This document shows positions 29,105-39,624 of a DNA stretch of 64,000 nucleotides, piece after piece (the stretch's first letter is position 1; every line of letters starts with the position of its first letter). Location: positions 3,840,001-3,904,000 of the forward strand of contig OZ242320.1 of assembly GCA_965208125.1 (NCBI GenBank). Reading direction: 5' to 3'. Made by a program: the position numbers and the translations under genes. The stretch is from Candidatus Latescibacterota bacterium. GTDB lineage: Bacteria; Latescibacterota; UBA2968. Below the pieces are notes generated by a model. That model was not told the DNA's origin. It did not search any database and worked only from the letters and a program-made list of their open reading frames with translations.

Positions 29105-29815
29105 ATGATTCGATTTCGAAGTATTTTGTTTGGCGGAGTTCTCGTGCTGATCCTGGGAGGAATCTCATTCGCCCAGGAATTTACTCCCCGAGTGGGCATC
29201 GCGGGGAATATTAGCGTGAACCTGCCTGTACTGGGACTCCGAACCTGGTTTACACAGGCCCCGCAATTCGGGGTCAATATTGTGTATCATCGCCATGCGC
29301 GGATAGAAGTGGAGTACGAATATCACTACGCCCGGTTTGACGGTGGGAGTCTGGAGGATGCCGAGTTTATGTGGGCACCAACCGGTACCACAGATCTTCA
29401 GTCTTACAAAAGCCCCAACGCGCAATCCAGGATGCGTTTTCACAGCTTTCTGGTCAACGGCGTCTTCTTTTTTGGCAAGCAACTCAATGACCAAAAGGCT
29501 CGGCCTTATTTCACATTCGGGAGCGGTATGTATCACTATCGTACTACTGAAACAGGGCTGATCTTTCCAGGACAAACGGGTAACTCGTTGAACACCAGCA
29601 TTGTTCTGGAATCCGACGGGGATGTCCGAACAACTGTCGGTATCAATTTTGGTCTGGGCGTTGCTTTCTATACATCCGATCGATTCGCCCTTGATTTGCG
29701 TGGTCGATACCACATTATCATAGGTCAGTTACGCCCCATGGAGGCGTGGGGATTGAAGCAGGTTTTTCCCTTCCATGCGCTGGATCTGGGCATTCGCGTG
29801 AAGACCTACTTTTAG
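29105..29815 (+). CDS. Outer-membrane beta-barrel protein (small, OmpA/OMP_b-brl-like)
   Basis: Signal peptide, RPYFTFGSG, GINFGLGV, alternating beta pattern, C-terminal Phe. Confidence 0.75.
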   Translation: MIRFRSILFGGVLVLILGGISFAQEFTPRVGIAGNISVNLPVLGLRTWFTQAPQFGVNIVYHRHARIEVEYEYHYARFDGGSLEDAEFMWAPTGTTDLQSYKSPNAQSRMRFHSFLVNGVFFFGKQLNDQKARPYFTFGSGMYHYRTTETGLIFPGQTGNSLNTSIVLESDGDVRTTVGINFGLGVAFYTSDRFALDLRGRYHIIIGQLRPMEAWGLKQVFPFHALDLGIRVKTYF

Positions 29816-29827
29816 GGGGAACACAAT

Positions 29828-32800
29828 ATGCGAGAATCAAAACAAATTCTCCTGTGGTGCATGGCGCTGAGTCTGGTTCTGTTCGGTGCTGACTTGACAT
29901 TCGCCGCCACTACGGGAAAGATTTCTGGTACTGTCAGAGACGCCCAGGGGCAACCGCTTCCCGGAGCCAATGTGGTCGTCAAGGGGATGCGTTTGGGGGC
30001 TACCACAGACGCCGATGGAATTTATTTTATTCTTACCGTACCACCTGGGGTGCACACATTGACTGCCTCTCTGGTGGGCTATGGAACGATCTCTCAAACC
30101 GATGTAAAAGTCGCCGTTGACCTGACTACGACGGTCGATTTCGCGCTGGAGGAAATAGCTCTACAGGCCACAGAATTGGTTGTGATTGCCGAGCGTCCAC
30201 CTGTGGAACCGGATAAAACCACCAGCAAATACATCCTGGGATCAGAGGAAATTGAGTCGCTTCCCATCATCAGGAGCGTTTCTGGACTCCTCGCTTTACA
30301 GCCCGGCGTTTTGCCGGAGGGAAACGACATGATTCGCGGAACTGGTGCCGCGGATGTGACCTATTACATAGATGGAATCCCCATTGTGACCACCGATGGC
30401 GTGGGTGCATTTGACCGTTTCCAGTTTCAAAACACATCGGCTGTCCAGGAACTCACCGTATTGACCGGAGGATGGGAGGCAGAATATGGCAATGCCCAGG
30501 CCGGTATCATCAATCTGGTCACGCGGGAGGCAGGGGAAAACTATTCTGGACGATTGGAGTACAAGTTTGATCCTTCGGGCAAAAAACACTGGGGTAACGA
30601 CGTTTACGACGCTCCTCAGTTTAGAGATAACTTGAAGTGGGGAGATGCCGCCTGGGAAAATGAGACAGATCCCGAAACGGGACAAACTATTCACCAGCGG
30701 ATCGATTATGCCGATGCAGCAGGCCATTTCATAGAGGCGAATCTATCTGGACCACTTACGCCTGACGCCGGGCTATTCGTCAGCACGCGCTTTGATCGGT
30801 CCGCCCGTTCGTTTCCTTCCTCTTCCTCGCACACTCCGGGAAATACCCGCAATACAGTCAAGCTAAATTACAATATGTCAGACAATGTAAAGTTCAAGCT
30901 CGGGGGATTCTACCATTGGAGCAAAGGGTGGAACAACGGCACCAGTTTGGGTAGAAGCGCTACGGCCGGTGCTATCCGGGGTCTGGGAGACGGTGGGAGA
31001 AATGTCTTTCTACCGGAAGGAAGTTCTGCGGGACGGTTCACGGATAGTGAGAGTTTGATCTACGCCTCTTTGACCCACACTTTGAGTCCAAAGACATTCT
31101 ATGAAGCCAAAATATCGCGCTCTTTTTCCAGGCAAGATACCAGCGATATTCCCGCAGCGACTCAGCCCCTGCGCAGGGATGCGGCCGGGTACTTCAACCT
31201 GTCGCGCGACGTGCGTGCCTACGAAATTTCAGCGCGCGCGCGTTACAACGTCAAGTTCGATATTTCCAGCCAGATCACGAGGGGACATCTGGTCAAGACC
31301 GGGGCTGACTTCACCTATTCCGACGCCTGGGCATTTGGCGAGATTGGAGAAAACGAGTCCCGTCGCGTCGTTGCCTTTTACGCAAAAGATGGGGCTCCAG
31401 ATGGAAACTTTCAGCGGGGAATCAACCCTTTTCAGTGGGGACTCTATTTGCAAGATAAGATGGAATTCAGCGGCATGATCGTCAATGCAGGCGTTCGCCT
31501 GGATGGATTCCACAATGGAGAAAAAGGCTCCGCAGTTCCACCTTTTGAAACATCACCTATGTACAACAAACTCCGACATTTTCGAAACGCACCACGGGCA
31601 GACGCCGATGCCAAAATCGCGTTCAGCCCTCGATTGGGTGTTTCACATCCCATCACCGCTGCAAGCACCATCCGGTTTTTCTATGGGAGATTTTACAAAT
31701 TTCCGAATCTCTGGACGATGAACCGGCAGGTCTGGGTGGGGAGCTTTCCCGACATCGACATCAACGGCAACGGACAGATTGATCCCGAGGAGCGGTTCAA
31801 TGATCTCGGAAAGGAAAACCAGATCGGCGTTGGAAACATAGCCACACCGCCGGAGAAAACCACCAGTTTTGAGGTGGGAACCGACTGGAACGTGGTTTCG
31901 GACTATACTTTATCGCTAACCGCCTACTACAAAACGGTAGATAATCAGTTATCTACTGGTACAACGGGCGGCGAGACGACGATCTGGCAGGATCCCGGCA
32001 CGGGAAGAACCGAGCAGATCCGTGTCAACCTGAGTATCAGATATGAGGATATCAAGGGAATTGAGCTTGGTTTCCAGAAGCGATTCAGCAATAACTTCGC
32101 GTTTCAGACGTCTTTTAACGCGCAGTGGCTATCGGGAGGGCGTGCAGGGGGAGCAGGGGACAGGTTCTTCCCGGATTCAACGTGGGTCGCCGCTGGAAAT
32201 TACTGGTTTGGCTATGAGATTCGAAACGGGCAGGAGGTTCCGATTCCACTGACCCAGGATGAGATCCGAGAAATCGGATCCAAAGCGAATCAACTTCTTC
32301 GCGACATCCAGGCAGGTGGTGGTCCCAGCAAGGGACAGGCAGGACCGAATGAACATTTTCTGGCAGCTATTGAAAAGGAACCCGGCATCTGGGCTATCAC
32401 CCCCATTCTTTCCGAGTTGAATATTGGCGGCATACGGGGCAGGGACAGAACGGCATTTGGGAGCGTGGCGTTTCTCTACCGAACGCCGAGCGATTGGGGC
32501 CCAATGGTTGGCGAAGCGGGTTTGTTCGGGAATATTCAGGCCAACATGATTTATCGCATGCAGACCGGCAGCCGGTTTGAATACTCGCTTCCAGAAGGTG
32601 GCGTGGAGGAACGAAATGAGCCACTTCGCACCTGGGTTGATTTGAATGCCCAAAAGACGTTCTACGGCCTGAGGGACCGCTTCGATGCCACGTTGTTCGT
32701 CGAAACATACAATCTGTTCAACCAGAAAGATCGGCGGGCAAACAACTTCGATTATATTCAATGGGGTTTGAGAAGACCCATACCAACAGACCAGCTCTAC

Positions 32801-32881
32801 AGGAATTTCGGAGATCCGAACGACAGGGCCTTTCTGGGCTCCCCAAGGCAGGTGCATTTGGGATTGAGACTCAGTTTCTAA
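29828..32881 (+). CDS. TonB-dependent receptor with N-terminal carboxypeptidase-regulatory-like domain
   Basis: Signal peptide, TTGKISGTV..PLPGANV, plug (YYIDGIP, GGWEAEYGNAQAGIINLVT), FSPRLGVSHP, YNLFN, ends PRQVHLGLRLSF. Confidence 0.9.
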   Translation: MRESKQILLWCMALSLVLFGADLTFAATTGKISGTVRDAQGQPLPGANVVVKGMRLGATTDADGIYFILTVPPGVHTLTASLVGYGTISQTDVKVAVDLTTTVDFALEEIALQATELVVIAERPPVEPDKTTSKYILGSEEIESLPIIRSVSGLLALQPGVLPEGNDMIRGTGAADVTYYIDGIPIVTTDGVGAFDRFQFQNTSAVQELTVLTGGWEAEYGNAQAGIINLVTREAGENYSGRLEYKFDPSGKKHWGNDVYDAPQFRDNLKWGDAAWENETDPETGQTIHQRIDYADAAGHFIEANLSGPLTPDAGLFVSTRFDRSARSFPSSSSHTPGNTRNTVKLNYNMSDNVKFKLGGFYHWSKGWNNGTSLGRSATAGAIRGLGDGGRNVFLPEGSSAGRFTDSESLIYASLTHTLSPKTFYEAKISRSFSRQDTSDIPAATQPLRRDAAGYFNLSRDVRAYEISARARYNVKFDISSQITRGHLVKTGADFTYSDAWAFGEIGENESRRVVAFYAKDGAPDGNFQRGINPFQWGLYLQDKMEFSGMIVNAGVRLDGFHNGEKGSAVPPFETSPMYNKLRHFRNAPRADADAKIAFSPRLGVSHPITAASTIRFFYGRFYKFPNLWTMNRQVWVGSFPDIDINGNGQIDPEERFNDLGKENQIGVGNIATPPEKTTSFEVGTDWNVVSDYTLSLTAYYKTVDNQLSTGTTGGETTIWQDPGTGRTEQIRVNLSIRYEDIKGIELGFQKRFSNNFAFQTSFNAQWLSGGRAGGAGDRFFPDSTWVAAGNYWFGYEIRNGQEVPIPLTQDEIREIGSKANQLLRDIQAGGGPSKGQAGPNEHFLAAIEKEPGIWAITPILSELNIGGIRGRDRTAFGSVAFLYRTPSDWGPMVGEAGLFGNIQANMIYRMQTGSRFEYSLPEGGVEERNEPLRTWVDLNAQKTFYGLRDRFDATLFVETYNLFNQKDRRANNFDYIQWGLRRPIPTDQLYRNFGDPNDRAFLGSPRQVHLGLRLSF

Positions 32882-32895
32882 GAGGATAAGACAAC

Positions 32896-35154
32896 ATGAT
32901 TACTATAAAAAGAAGAAGCATCTTGTTTCTGCTTTTTCCATTGCTGGCGACCCTCTTGCTAACTTCGGAATTGTGGGCGCAGTCGAGTCCCTTCCAGAGG
33001 AAATTCCGACACATGACGCGGGGGAAGGTCTGGCATACGTACAGGAACGGACTCACAGGTCGGGTTCACCGACAGGTGATGAGGGATATAGCCGGTATGC
33101 AATATCCGGGTTCCATCATTCCGCTGGAACCCACCGAGTTTGAGCAATACTGGAGCTTTGTCAACTATCACTGGTATCCGAGGTTTACCCGCCGATACGA
33201 CACCTCTCGGGGCGAGGGTGTAATGATTCTAACAAGAGATCACGGCACCTCGGCAGTTGGCCCGAGTCAGGAAACCGAGGATATTCGGGAAAAGGTCTAT
33301 GACATTGTCAACAGCCCGGAAAAAGATCTGGGATTTATGACCGCCTCCCACTTTACCGGGTTCAGCCCGATGTCCAACTACTGGCCCGGAGCACCTCCAA
33401 TTGTGGGTGAGCCTGTGGAAATCCACAACCACGACTATGGGCGGTATATCGGGGACGATTCTCAAGGTGAGGAAATTCTCATCACGGCATGGTCCTCCAA
33501 AACGGGTATCAGTGTGTCGCAAAAAGCCTTTTCCTGGAGCTATCCCGACTTTGACGACTTCATCATTTACGAATATACTTTCCACAACAATGGAGACGCC
33601 AACGGAGACGGCCAGCCGGATCCCGGTATGCCCGTGCAACTCAACGACGTCTATTTTGCGTTCGTAAACATCATGACCATCTCTCAGGCGGGGTGCTTTA
33701 TTTCAAGCCCGGGTGCGTGGTGGGTCGATTTCCCCGAATTGAGGGACGATTTCTACAGATACACCGGTGCAGCTAACTACGATGGTCCGGCCGAATACGC
33801 TGACCTGAAGCTCAGCTACCACTACGACGGGGACGCGCCTTCTACTTTGTGGAATGACGTTGGTGGACCCTACGTTTCGGCGCGTCACCATTCACTGTTC
33901 AAAGGCACGGCGCGAGTCGATGGAGAACTGACAGACTTCCAGTACTTTGGGTTTGCCCCTCTGGATTATACCCCACCCTTTACAAACGATTCGGAAAACT
34001 ACGTTGCGCCAAAAGTCGCGGATCAGCCGGTGTCGGTAAAGTGGTGGGAAATCTTCAGCAGAAATAACTACACATACCCGGATCCCAGTAATGATGGTGA
34101 TGAGCAACTGTGGAACAAACTCGTCGAAGACCAGGGATTCCAATCCAACCCCACCGACATCGGTGATTACGCCCACAGTCAAACGTATGGACCATACGAT
34201 ATTGGTCCTGGTGAAAAAGTGAAAATCGTGGCGGTTTTTGCCGGGGGAACAGCTGCCGACGCCAAGGGTACGGGCATCATCGAATGGGCGCAAACGGGCA
34301 ATCAAGACGAGGTTTCTCTGGGTCGGGAGGCCCTCGTGGATCACGTGCGCCGTGCTCAATTCGCCTACGATAGCGGCTACGATCTGCCCGACCCGCCTCC
34401 GGATGTGCGATTTTCAGTGGGAAATAGCGAACGTGGGCAGGTTCTCCTCACATGGCCAGATGATGCCGATCGCGCGTTGGATCCAGACTATGGCCAGGCC
34501 GACTTAAGAGCCTACCGGGTCTATCGTTCGGGGACCAAGGAAGCGGGGCCTTACAAGTTGCTGAAAGAGATTCCCGTGGGAGATGCCGCGCATTTGAGTG
34601 GCGGCACCTATTCCTTCGAGGATGAGACTTCCGCTCCCGGCTTCAACTACTGGTACTCGGTCCGCTCGGTTGATTCCGGGCATTCATCCTGGACTAATAA
34701 CGACGGTACCAAGACGCTTGCAGACCTGCCCGACAAGGTGCGACAGAATGTCCAGAGTGGCATGGAAAGCGGGCATTCCTCGCCTGAGCAGCGGATGCAG
34801 GTCTTCACCAGTCCGAAGATCCCCGCAACTGCTACCAAAGACAATTTCGGCGATGAAATCCTGGTCGTGCCCAATCCCTATCGGGATGATGGCACACACA
34901 GGTATCCGGGATCCAGAAAGATTCGATTTACAAATATCCCCAGAAAGGCCCAGATCAAGATCTATTCTCCATCTGGAGACCTGATCTGGACGATCAATCA
35001 CGATTCGCCCCTGGGAGAGGCAGAATGGAATCAGGCGCCGCGATCCTTCGCGAGGCCGGAAGTACAGTCAGGCATCTACTTCTACTCTGTGGAATCCCTT
35101 GTGGAATCATCTCAGGGGGAGATGCGGTTCGGTTCATTTGTAATCATCAAATAG
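32896..35154 (+). CDS. Secreted protein with FN3-like domain and T9SS-like C-terminal sorting domain
   Basis: Signal peptide; VLLTW...YRVYRS...YWYSVRSVD; C-terminal VVPNPY...IRFTNIP...IKIYS...W...SGIYFY...FVIIK. Confidence 0.75.
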   Translation: MITIKRRSILFLLFPLLATLLLTSELWAQSSPFQRKFRHMTRGKVWHTYRNGLTGRVHRQVMRDIAGMQYPGSIIPLEPTEFEQYWSFVNYHWYPRFTRRYDTSRGEGVMILTRDHGTSAVGPSQETEDIREKVYDIVNSPEKDLGFMTASHFTGFSPMSNYWPGAPPIVGEPVEIHNHDYGRYIGDDSQGEEILITAWSSKTGISVSQKAFSWSYPDFDDFIIYEYTFHNNGDANGDGQPDPGMPVQLNDVYFAFVNIMTISQAGCFISSPGAWWVDFPELRDDFYRYTGAANYDGPAEYADLKLSYHYDGDAPSTLWNDVGGPYVSARHHSLFKGTARVDGELTDFQYFGFAPLDYTPPFTNDSENYVAPKVADQPVSVKWWEIFSRNNYTYPDPSNDGDEQLWNKLVEDQGFQSNPTDIGDYAHSQTYGPYDIGPGEKVKIVAVFAGGTAADAKGTGIIEWAQTGNQDEVSLGREALVDHVRRAQFAYDSGYDLPDPPPDVRFSVGNSERGQVLLTWPDDADRALDPDYGQADLRAYRVYRSGTKEAGPYKLLKEIPVGDAAHLSGGTYSFEDETSAPGFNYWYSVRSVDSGHSSWTNNDGTKTLADLPDKVRQNVQSGMESGHSSPEQRMQVFTSPKIPATATKDNFGDEILVVPNPYRDDGTHRYPGSRKIRFTNIPRKAQIKIYSPSGDLIWTINHDSPLGEAEWNQAPRSFARPEVQSGIYFYSVESLVESSQGEMRFGSFVIIK

Positions 35155-35169
35155 TCAAGGAGCTTTGCT

Positions 35170-36159
35170 ATGATGACCAGGATATACGCATCAATCTGCG
35201 TATTCGCGATTGTGATTTTGCTGCAATCGCCCGCCCAGGGACAGGGATATGTGGAAATCGAGGATGAGGATATTTATTCCTCAACCGCTGCTTCGCGAAT
35301 TGGGCTTACAGGATTTGCATTTCTGAAGATTTCCCAGGGGGCGCGGTCTGCGGGAATGGGGGATGCGTACACGGCCATATCCAATGATATCAATGCGGCA
35401 TTCAAGAATCCTGCCGGTTTGACCCATATGAAACGGATTGAGTACGTGTTCTCTTACAACCGATGGTTGGTAAACAGCACGGTTGCTTCCAGCGCTGTTG
35501 CGGCGAATACGCCTTATGGCGTGGTGGGCGTTACTTTTATCGGTTTCTACCCTGAGAAGAGCAAGGAAACCACCATACTCCAGCCGCTCGGAACAGGAGA
35601 GATGGTGAATGCTGGGGATGTCGCCATCGGATTTCTTTACGCGAAGAAAATGACCGATAGGCTCTCCTTCGGCGCTCACGGTCGCTGGATTCAGGAAACG
35701 CTGCACGACAAGAAAATTTCCAGTTACGATGTCTCACTCGGCACGCTGTTCTACACGGGATTTGGCTCCAGCAGGTTGGCGATGACATTACAAAATTTCG
35801 GCAAAGACGTAACGCCGGAAGCGGTCACTTTCGCCATGCCAATGGTTTTCAATATCGCCGCTGCTATGGAGGTTTACGGAACAGTAGAAGATCCCACCTA
35901 CCTCACAGCCGCAGTCGATTTCAGCTATGCCACTGATTTCGGTGAGCGGTTACATTTTGGCGGTGAGCTCTGGGTCGCAAGGGTGCTCGCGCTTCGAGCT
36001 GGATACAAGACCAATTACGACATCGAGAGTTATTCACTTGGTGCCGGTGTTCGCGTGAACTATGTGGGAGGTAGGCAGGTCTCTGTCGATTTTGCCTATT
36101 CGGCGATTGAGGGTGGCTTTGATCCTCCGCTGCGCGTATCTCTGAGTGGGAGTTTTTAG
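35170..36159 (+). CDS. PorV/PorQ-like (UPF0164) outer-membrane barrel
   Basis: FLKISQGARSAGMGDAYTAISNDINAAFKNPAGL signature, LALRAGY, C-terminal Phe. Confidence 0.85.
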   Translation: MMTRIYASICVFAIVILLQSPAQGQGYVEIEDEDIYSSTAASRIGLTGFAFLKISQGARSAGMGDAYTAISNDINAAFKNPAGLTHMKRIEYVFSYNRWLVNSTVASSAVAANTPYGVVGVTFIGFYPEKSKETTILQPLGTGEMVNAGDVAIGFLYAKKMTDRLSFGAHGRWIQETLHDKKISSYDVSLGTLFYTGFGSSRLAMTLQNFGKDVTPEAVTFAMPMVFNIAAAMEVYGTVEDPTYLTAAVDFSYATDFGERLHFGGELWVARVLALRAGYKTNYDIESYSLGAGVRVNYVGGRQVSVDFAYSAIEGGFDPPLRVSLSGSF

Positions 36160-36182
36160 ACCCGATCAGTTTGCGAGATCAC

Positions 36183-36240
36183 TGGGCGGCAGGCCCCCTG
36201 GACCAGGCCAATGATAGGCCTGATACAAGCCTGTCGCTCA
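36183..36240 (+). other. Long intergenic hairpin without U-tail
   Basis: TGGGCGGCAGGC pairs with GCCTGTCGCTCA (2 G-U); inner CAGGCC/GGCCTG stem. Confidence 0.6.
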
Positions 36241-36259
36241 AAGGATTGCGAGGAGAGAT

Positions 36260-38248
36260 TTGTCCTCTCTGCAAGATCCCATCGTTAGCCATCCAGCGCC
36301 TTCCGCCGCAGAGGAGCGGGGGATCACGTTGCGTTCGTTTCTGATTGGGTTGGGTGTGGTCTGTCTGGTCAACCTGTGGGTCACGTGGTCGGATTTCATA
36401 ATTCATTCCTCGGCCTGGAATCTGAGCCACTTCCCCATGGTGAATTTCATTCCGTTTGTCATCCTCACAGTCTTCTCATCGGTTTCAGACAGATTGTTTG
36501 GACCGCGCTGGTCTTTTTCATCTGCCGAACTCGCCACCGTTCTGGCCATGGGGCTGGTGGGCAGCGTCGTGCCGACCAACGGATTTATGGGATATGTGCT
36601 CGGCATTTTGGCCATGCCGTATTACCTGGCCACCCCCGAGAATGGTTGGGCGCTCTACTTTCACCCCCACCTTGCCGACTGGATGGCGCCGCGAGATGAA
36701 AACGACGCCGTGCGCTACTTTTTCGAAGGCCTACCCAAAGGTGTGCACATCCCCTGGGAAACCTGGGCAAGCCCGCTTTTCTGGTGGCTTACATTTGCAG
36801 CGTCGATCACGCTGATCTCGGCCTGCACGGTTGTCATTTTGCGCAAGCAATGGACGGAGAACGAACGGCTCGATTATCCCATCATCAGCGTAGGCATCGA
36901 CATGGCGCTGCGCTCGAATCCCTGGAACTGGCTGCCGGAATACATGAAAGGCAAGCTGTTCTGGGGTGGTTTTTCGGTCGCCTGCGGAATCGTTTGTTGG
37001 AATATTCCCAGTTACTTCATACCCGGCCTGCCCGAATTCCCTCTACTTCCCAGATGGTTTACGCTGGCCGCTGGTTTTCCCACAATTGACTTCCACATCA
37101 GCTTTTTTGCACTGGCTTTTGCATTTTTTGCCAGGCTTGAAGCCCTGTTCAGCGTCTGGTTCTTCTTCCTGATTTTTCTAATCCAGAGCGCGGTATTCAA
37201 CCGATTCGGATTCACCATCGGCACCTCGGGAGATCCCTGGTCTTCCCACAACCCCGCAGTTGGCTGGCAAAGCTGGGGGTCTCTCTGCTTCATCGTGGCC
37301 TGGGGGATCTGGGTTGCTCGCCACCATCTACGCGACGTTTTTTCAAAGGCCATCTGGGGGGTACCGGGTGAAGGCAGAGCTGAAGAAATGATGTCTTACC
37401 GGATGGCTCTTACCGGCCTGATCAGTGGACTGGTTTATGCCATTGGATTTCTGTACTGTGCGGGTATGAGCTATACCATGGCCATCGCGCTCTTGCTTTC
37501 CACACTCATCGGCTACCTGGGGGTATCCCGCATCCTGGTGGAAACCGGGTTGCTCTACGTGGTCGTACCGGTAACGGGTCAGTCCTCCACCGTATATTTT
37601 CTGGGATCGCGTGGCCTGCCGGAATCCTCGATGACAGCCATGGCATTCACCTATATCCTCGTCACGAGGGGTGCCGGTATGTTCATGCCTTCGCTGACCC
37701 ATCTGGGCAAGCTTGCAGATCAGATTCCCCAGATACGAAGGCGTCTGATCTACGCGCTTGGTGCCTCAATTGTGGTCGGAGTTCTGGTTGCCGCCATTGT
37801 AACCCTGTATCTGGGCTACACACATGGGGCATACAACTTCAACGTATGGGTGTTGGGCGGGGGCGGCAGCCAGCGTCCTTTCATCGATACGCTGGTCAAG
37901 ATGCAGTCGCCATTCACCACAGACTGGTATCGCGTCTCCTTTTTTTCATTCGGGGTGCTGGTGTCGGCCGCGCTGGTGGCTTTGCGCTATCGCTTTCCCT
38001 GGTGGCCCCTTTCACCCATTGGATTTCCCCTGGCCACTTCCTGGCCCATGCGCAGAGTCGGGTTCACTATCTTTCTGGCCTGGTTCATCAAGGCCGTCAT
38101 CATGAAACTGGGAGGTGCCGTGCTCTACCGTCGGTGCCAGCCCTTTGCAGTCGGGCTCCTGGTCGGTTGGGCAGCCGGAGTCGGCATCTCTTTTCTGATT
38201 GACATCTTCTACTTCCCCGGCAACGGACACGGGATTCACTCGTATTGA
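36260..38248 (+). CDS. DUF6785/DUF6784-type polytopic membrane protein, copy 2
   Basis: RGITLRS, YYLATPENGW, LRKQWTENERLDYP and FPWWPLSPIGF; AGGAG RBS with TTG start. Confidence 0.8.
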   Translation: MSSLQDPIVSHPAPSAAEERGITLRSFLIGLGVVCLVNLWVTWSDFIIHSSAWNLSHFPMVNFIPFVILTVFSSVSDRLFGPRWSFSSAELATVLAMGLVGSVVPTNGFMGYVLGILAMPYYLATPENGWALYFHPHLADWMAPRDENDAVRYFFEGLPKGVHIPWETWASPLFWWLTFAASITLISACTVVILRKQWTENERLDYPIISVGIDMALRSNPWNWLPEYMKGKLFWGGFSVACGIVCWNIPSYFIPGLPEFPLLPRWFTLAAGFPTIDFHISFFALAFAFFARLEALFSVWFFFLIFLIQSAVFNRFGFTIGTSGDPWSSHNPAVGWQSWGSLCFIVAWGIWVARHHLRDVFSKAIWGVPGEGRAEEMMSYRMALTGLISGLVYAIGFLYCAGMSYTMAIALLLSTLIGYLGVSRILVETGLLYVVVPVTGQSSTVYFLGSRGLPESSMTAMAFTYILVTRGAGMFMPSLTHLGKLADQIPQIRRRLIYALGASIVVGVLVAAIVTLYLGYTHGAYNFNVWVLGGGGSQRPFIDTLVKMQSPFTTDWYRVSFFSFGVLVSAALVALRYRFPWWPLSPIGFPLATSWPMRRVGFTIFLAWFIKAVIMKLGGAVLYRRCQPFAVGLLVGWAAGVGISFLIDIFYFPGNGHGIHSY

Positions 38249-38260
38249 AAGAGAGGCACT

Positions 38261-39610
38261 ATGGCAAATGCAATAGAAATCGGCATTGCGCGTGCTGATA
38301 TTACCCCTGCGGTTGGCATCCCTATGGTCGGATTTGCGGGGCGAGGACCTTCGACGCGCGTAAATGACCCGTTATATGCCACGGCTATGGCAGTTTCCTG
38401 CGCGGGGGAGCAAGCCGTATTGATCGCCTCGGATCTCCTCCAGTTTAAGGCGGAAACGGTCGCCGAGTTTCGTGCACTTATCCAGGCTGCATCGGGAATT
38501 GCCGCTGATCGGATTACCCTGGCCTGTAGCCACACGCATTACGGGCCTGATATCGATCGCGCAGGTAGGCGATCTTCTTCGCCTGGTCCGAGTTCGACCG
38601 AAGGTTCCGAACTGGTCGATGCCTATCGGATTCATCTCGGATTCAAACTGGCAGGTCTGGTACAGGAGGCTCAGCAAAATTTTAAGCCGGCGCGAATGGG
38701 TATTGGCTGGGGCAGTTCCGATATTGGTATCAACCGCAGGGAGAAGACCCCTGATGGGCGGATTATACTCGGCAACAACTACGATGGGCCTGTTGACCGC
38801 GAGGTCGGCATCGCGCGAATTGAAGATACAGAGGGAAACCCTATCGCCTGTCTGGTCAATTTTGCGACGCATCCGGTTGCACAGACTTCTCAGCAGCGCG
38901 CTATTTCTGCCGGGTTTTCCGGAAAGATGACCCAGGTGGTAGAAGGTCTTACCGGCGCGTATTGTCTCTTTCTACAGGGGGCGGCGGGCGATATCAATCC
39001 GGCTCTGGGATTCCGCGGACCGGATCAGCGACCAGAAGATCTTCACAAGCCATCGGACAGTCTGGGCATTCGACTGGGCTGCGAAGTGGTGCGCGTGTGG
39101 GAAACCATCAGCGTTGGTGAGGCTCAAGGTTTGAATCTCGCTTCAAAAACTATAAACCTGCCCCGCTACATGTACGGCGACTTAAAAAGCGCGAAACAGC
39201 TCGATGGGGAATTCGATCAGGAGTTGAAAGCGAGAAATCTCTCAGACGGACAGCGATATTGGACAGAACTGAGGCAAAGTCGGGTGCGAGAAGCGATTAG
39301 TAGCCACGAGACGGGCATTCCACTTGATCCCGTTGAGACGGAATTACAGGCATGGCGAATTGGTGATCTCGCCTTTGTGACTGCTCCGGCGGAGATTTTT
39401 ACTGAAAACGGCACGCTTGTGAAAAATCAATCGCCTTTCGATCACACTTTCTTCGTGGGCTATACCAATGGCTCCATTGGGTATGTCCCTACCGTGGATG
39501 CCTACCCCGAGGGGGGATACGAAGTCACCCACGCCTGCCAGGTCGATCCCGAGGCGGGCGATATGATCAATGAGAATTGCCTGGCACTGCTCCGGCAGGT
39601 CGTGGCATAA
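38261..39610 (+). CDS. Neutral/alkaline ceramidase-like amidohydrolase, copy 1
   Basis: ADITP, SHTHYGP, NRR, NFATHPV, QGAAGDINP, PAEIF and GGYE motifs. Confidence 0.8.
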   Translation: MANAIEIGIARADITPAVGIPMVGFAGRGPSTRVNDPLYATAMAVSCAGEQAVLIASDLLQFKAETVAEFRALIQAASGIAADRITLACSHTHYGPDIDRAGRRSSSPGPSSTEGSELVDAYRIHLGFKLAGLVQEAQQNFKPARMGIGWGSSDIGINRREKTPDGRIILGNNYDGPVDREVGIARIEDTEGNPIACLVNFATHPVAQTSQQRAISAGFSGKMTQVVEGLTGAYCLFLQGAAGDINPALGFRGPDQRPEDLHKPSDSLGIRLGCEVVRVWETISVGEAQGLNLASKTINLPRYMYGDLKSAKQLDGEFDQELKARNLSDGQRYWTELRQSRVREAISSHETGIPLDPVETELQAWRIGDLAFVTAPAEIFTENGTLVKNQSPFDHTFFVGYTNGSIGYVPTVDAYPEGGYEVTHACQVDPEAGDMINENCLALLRQVVA

Positions 39611-39624
39611 CGGAGGGGATTCAT

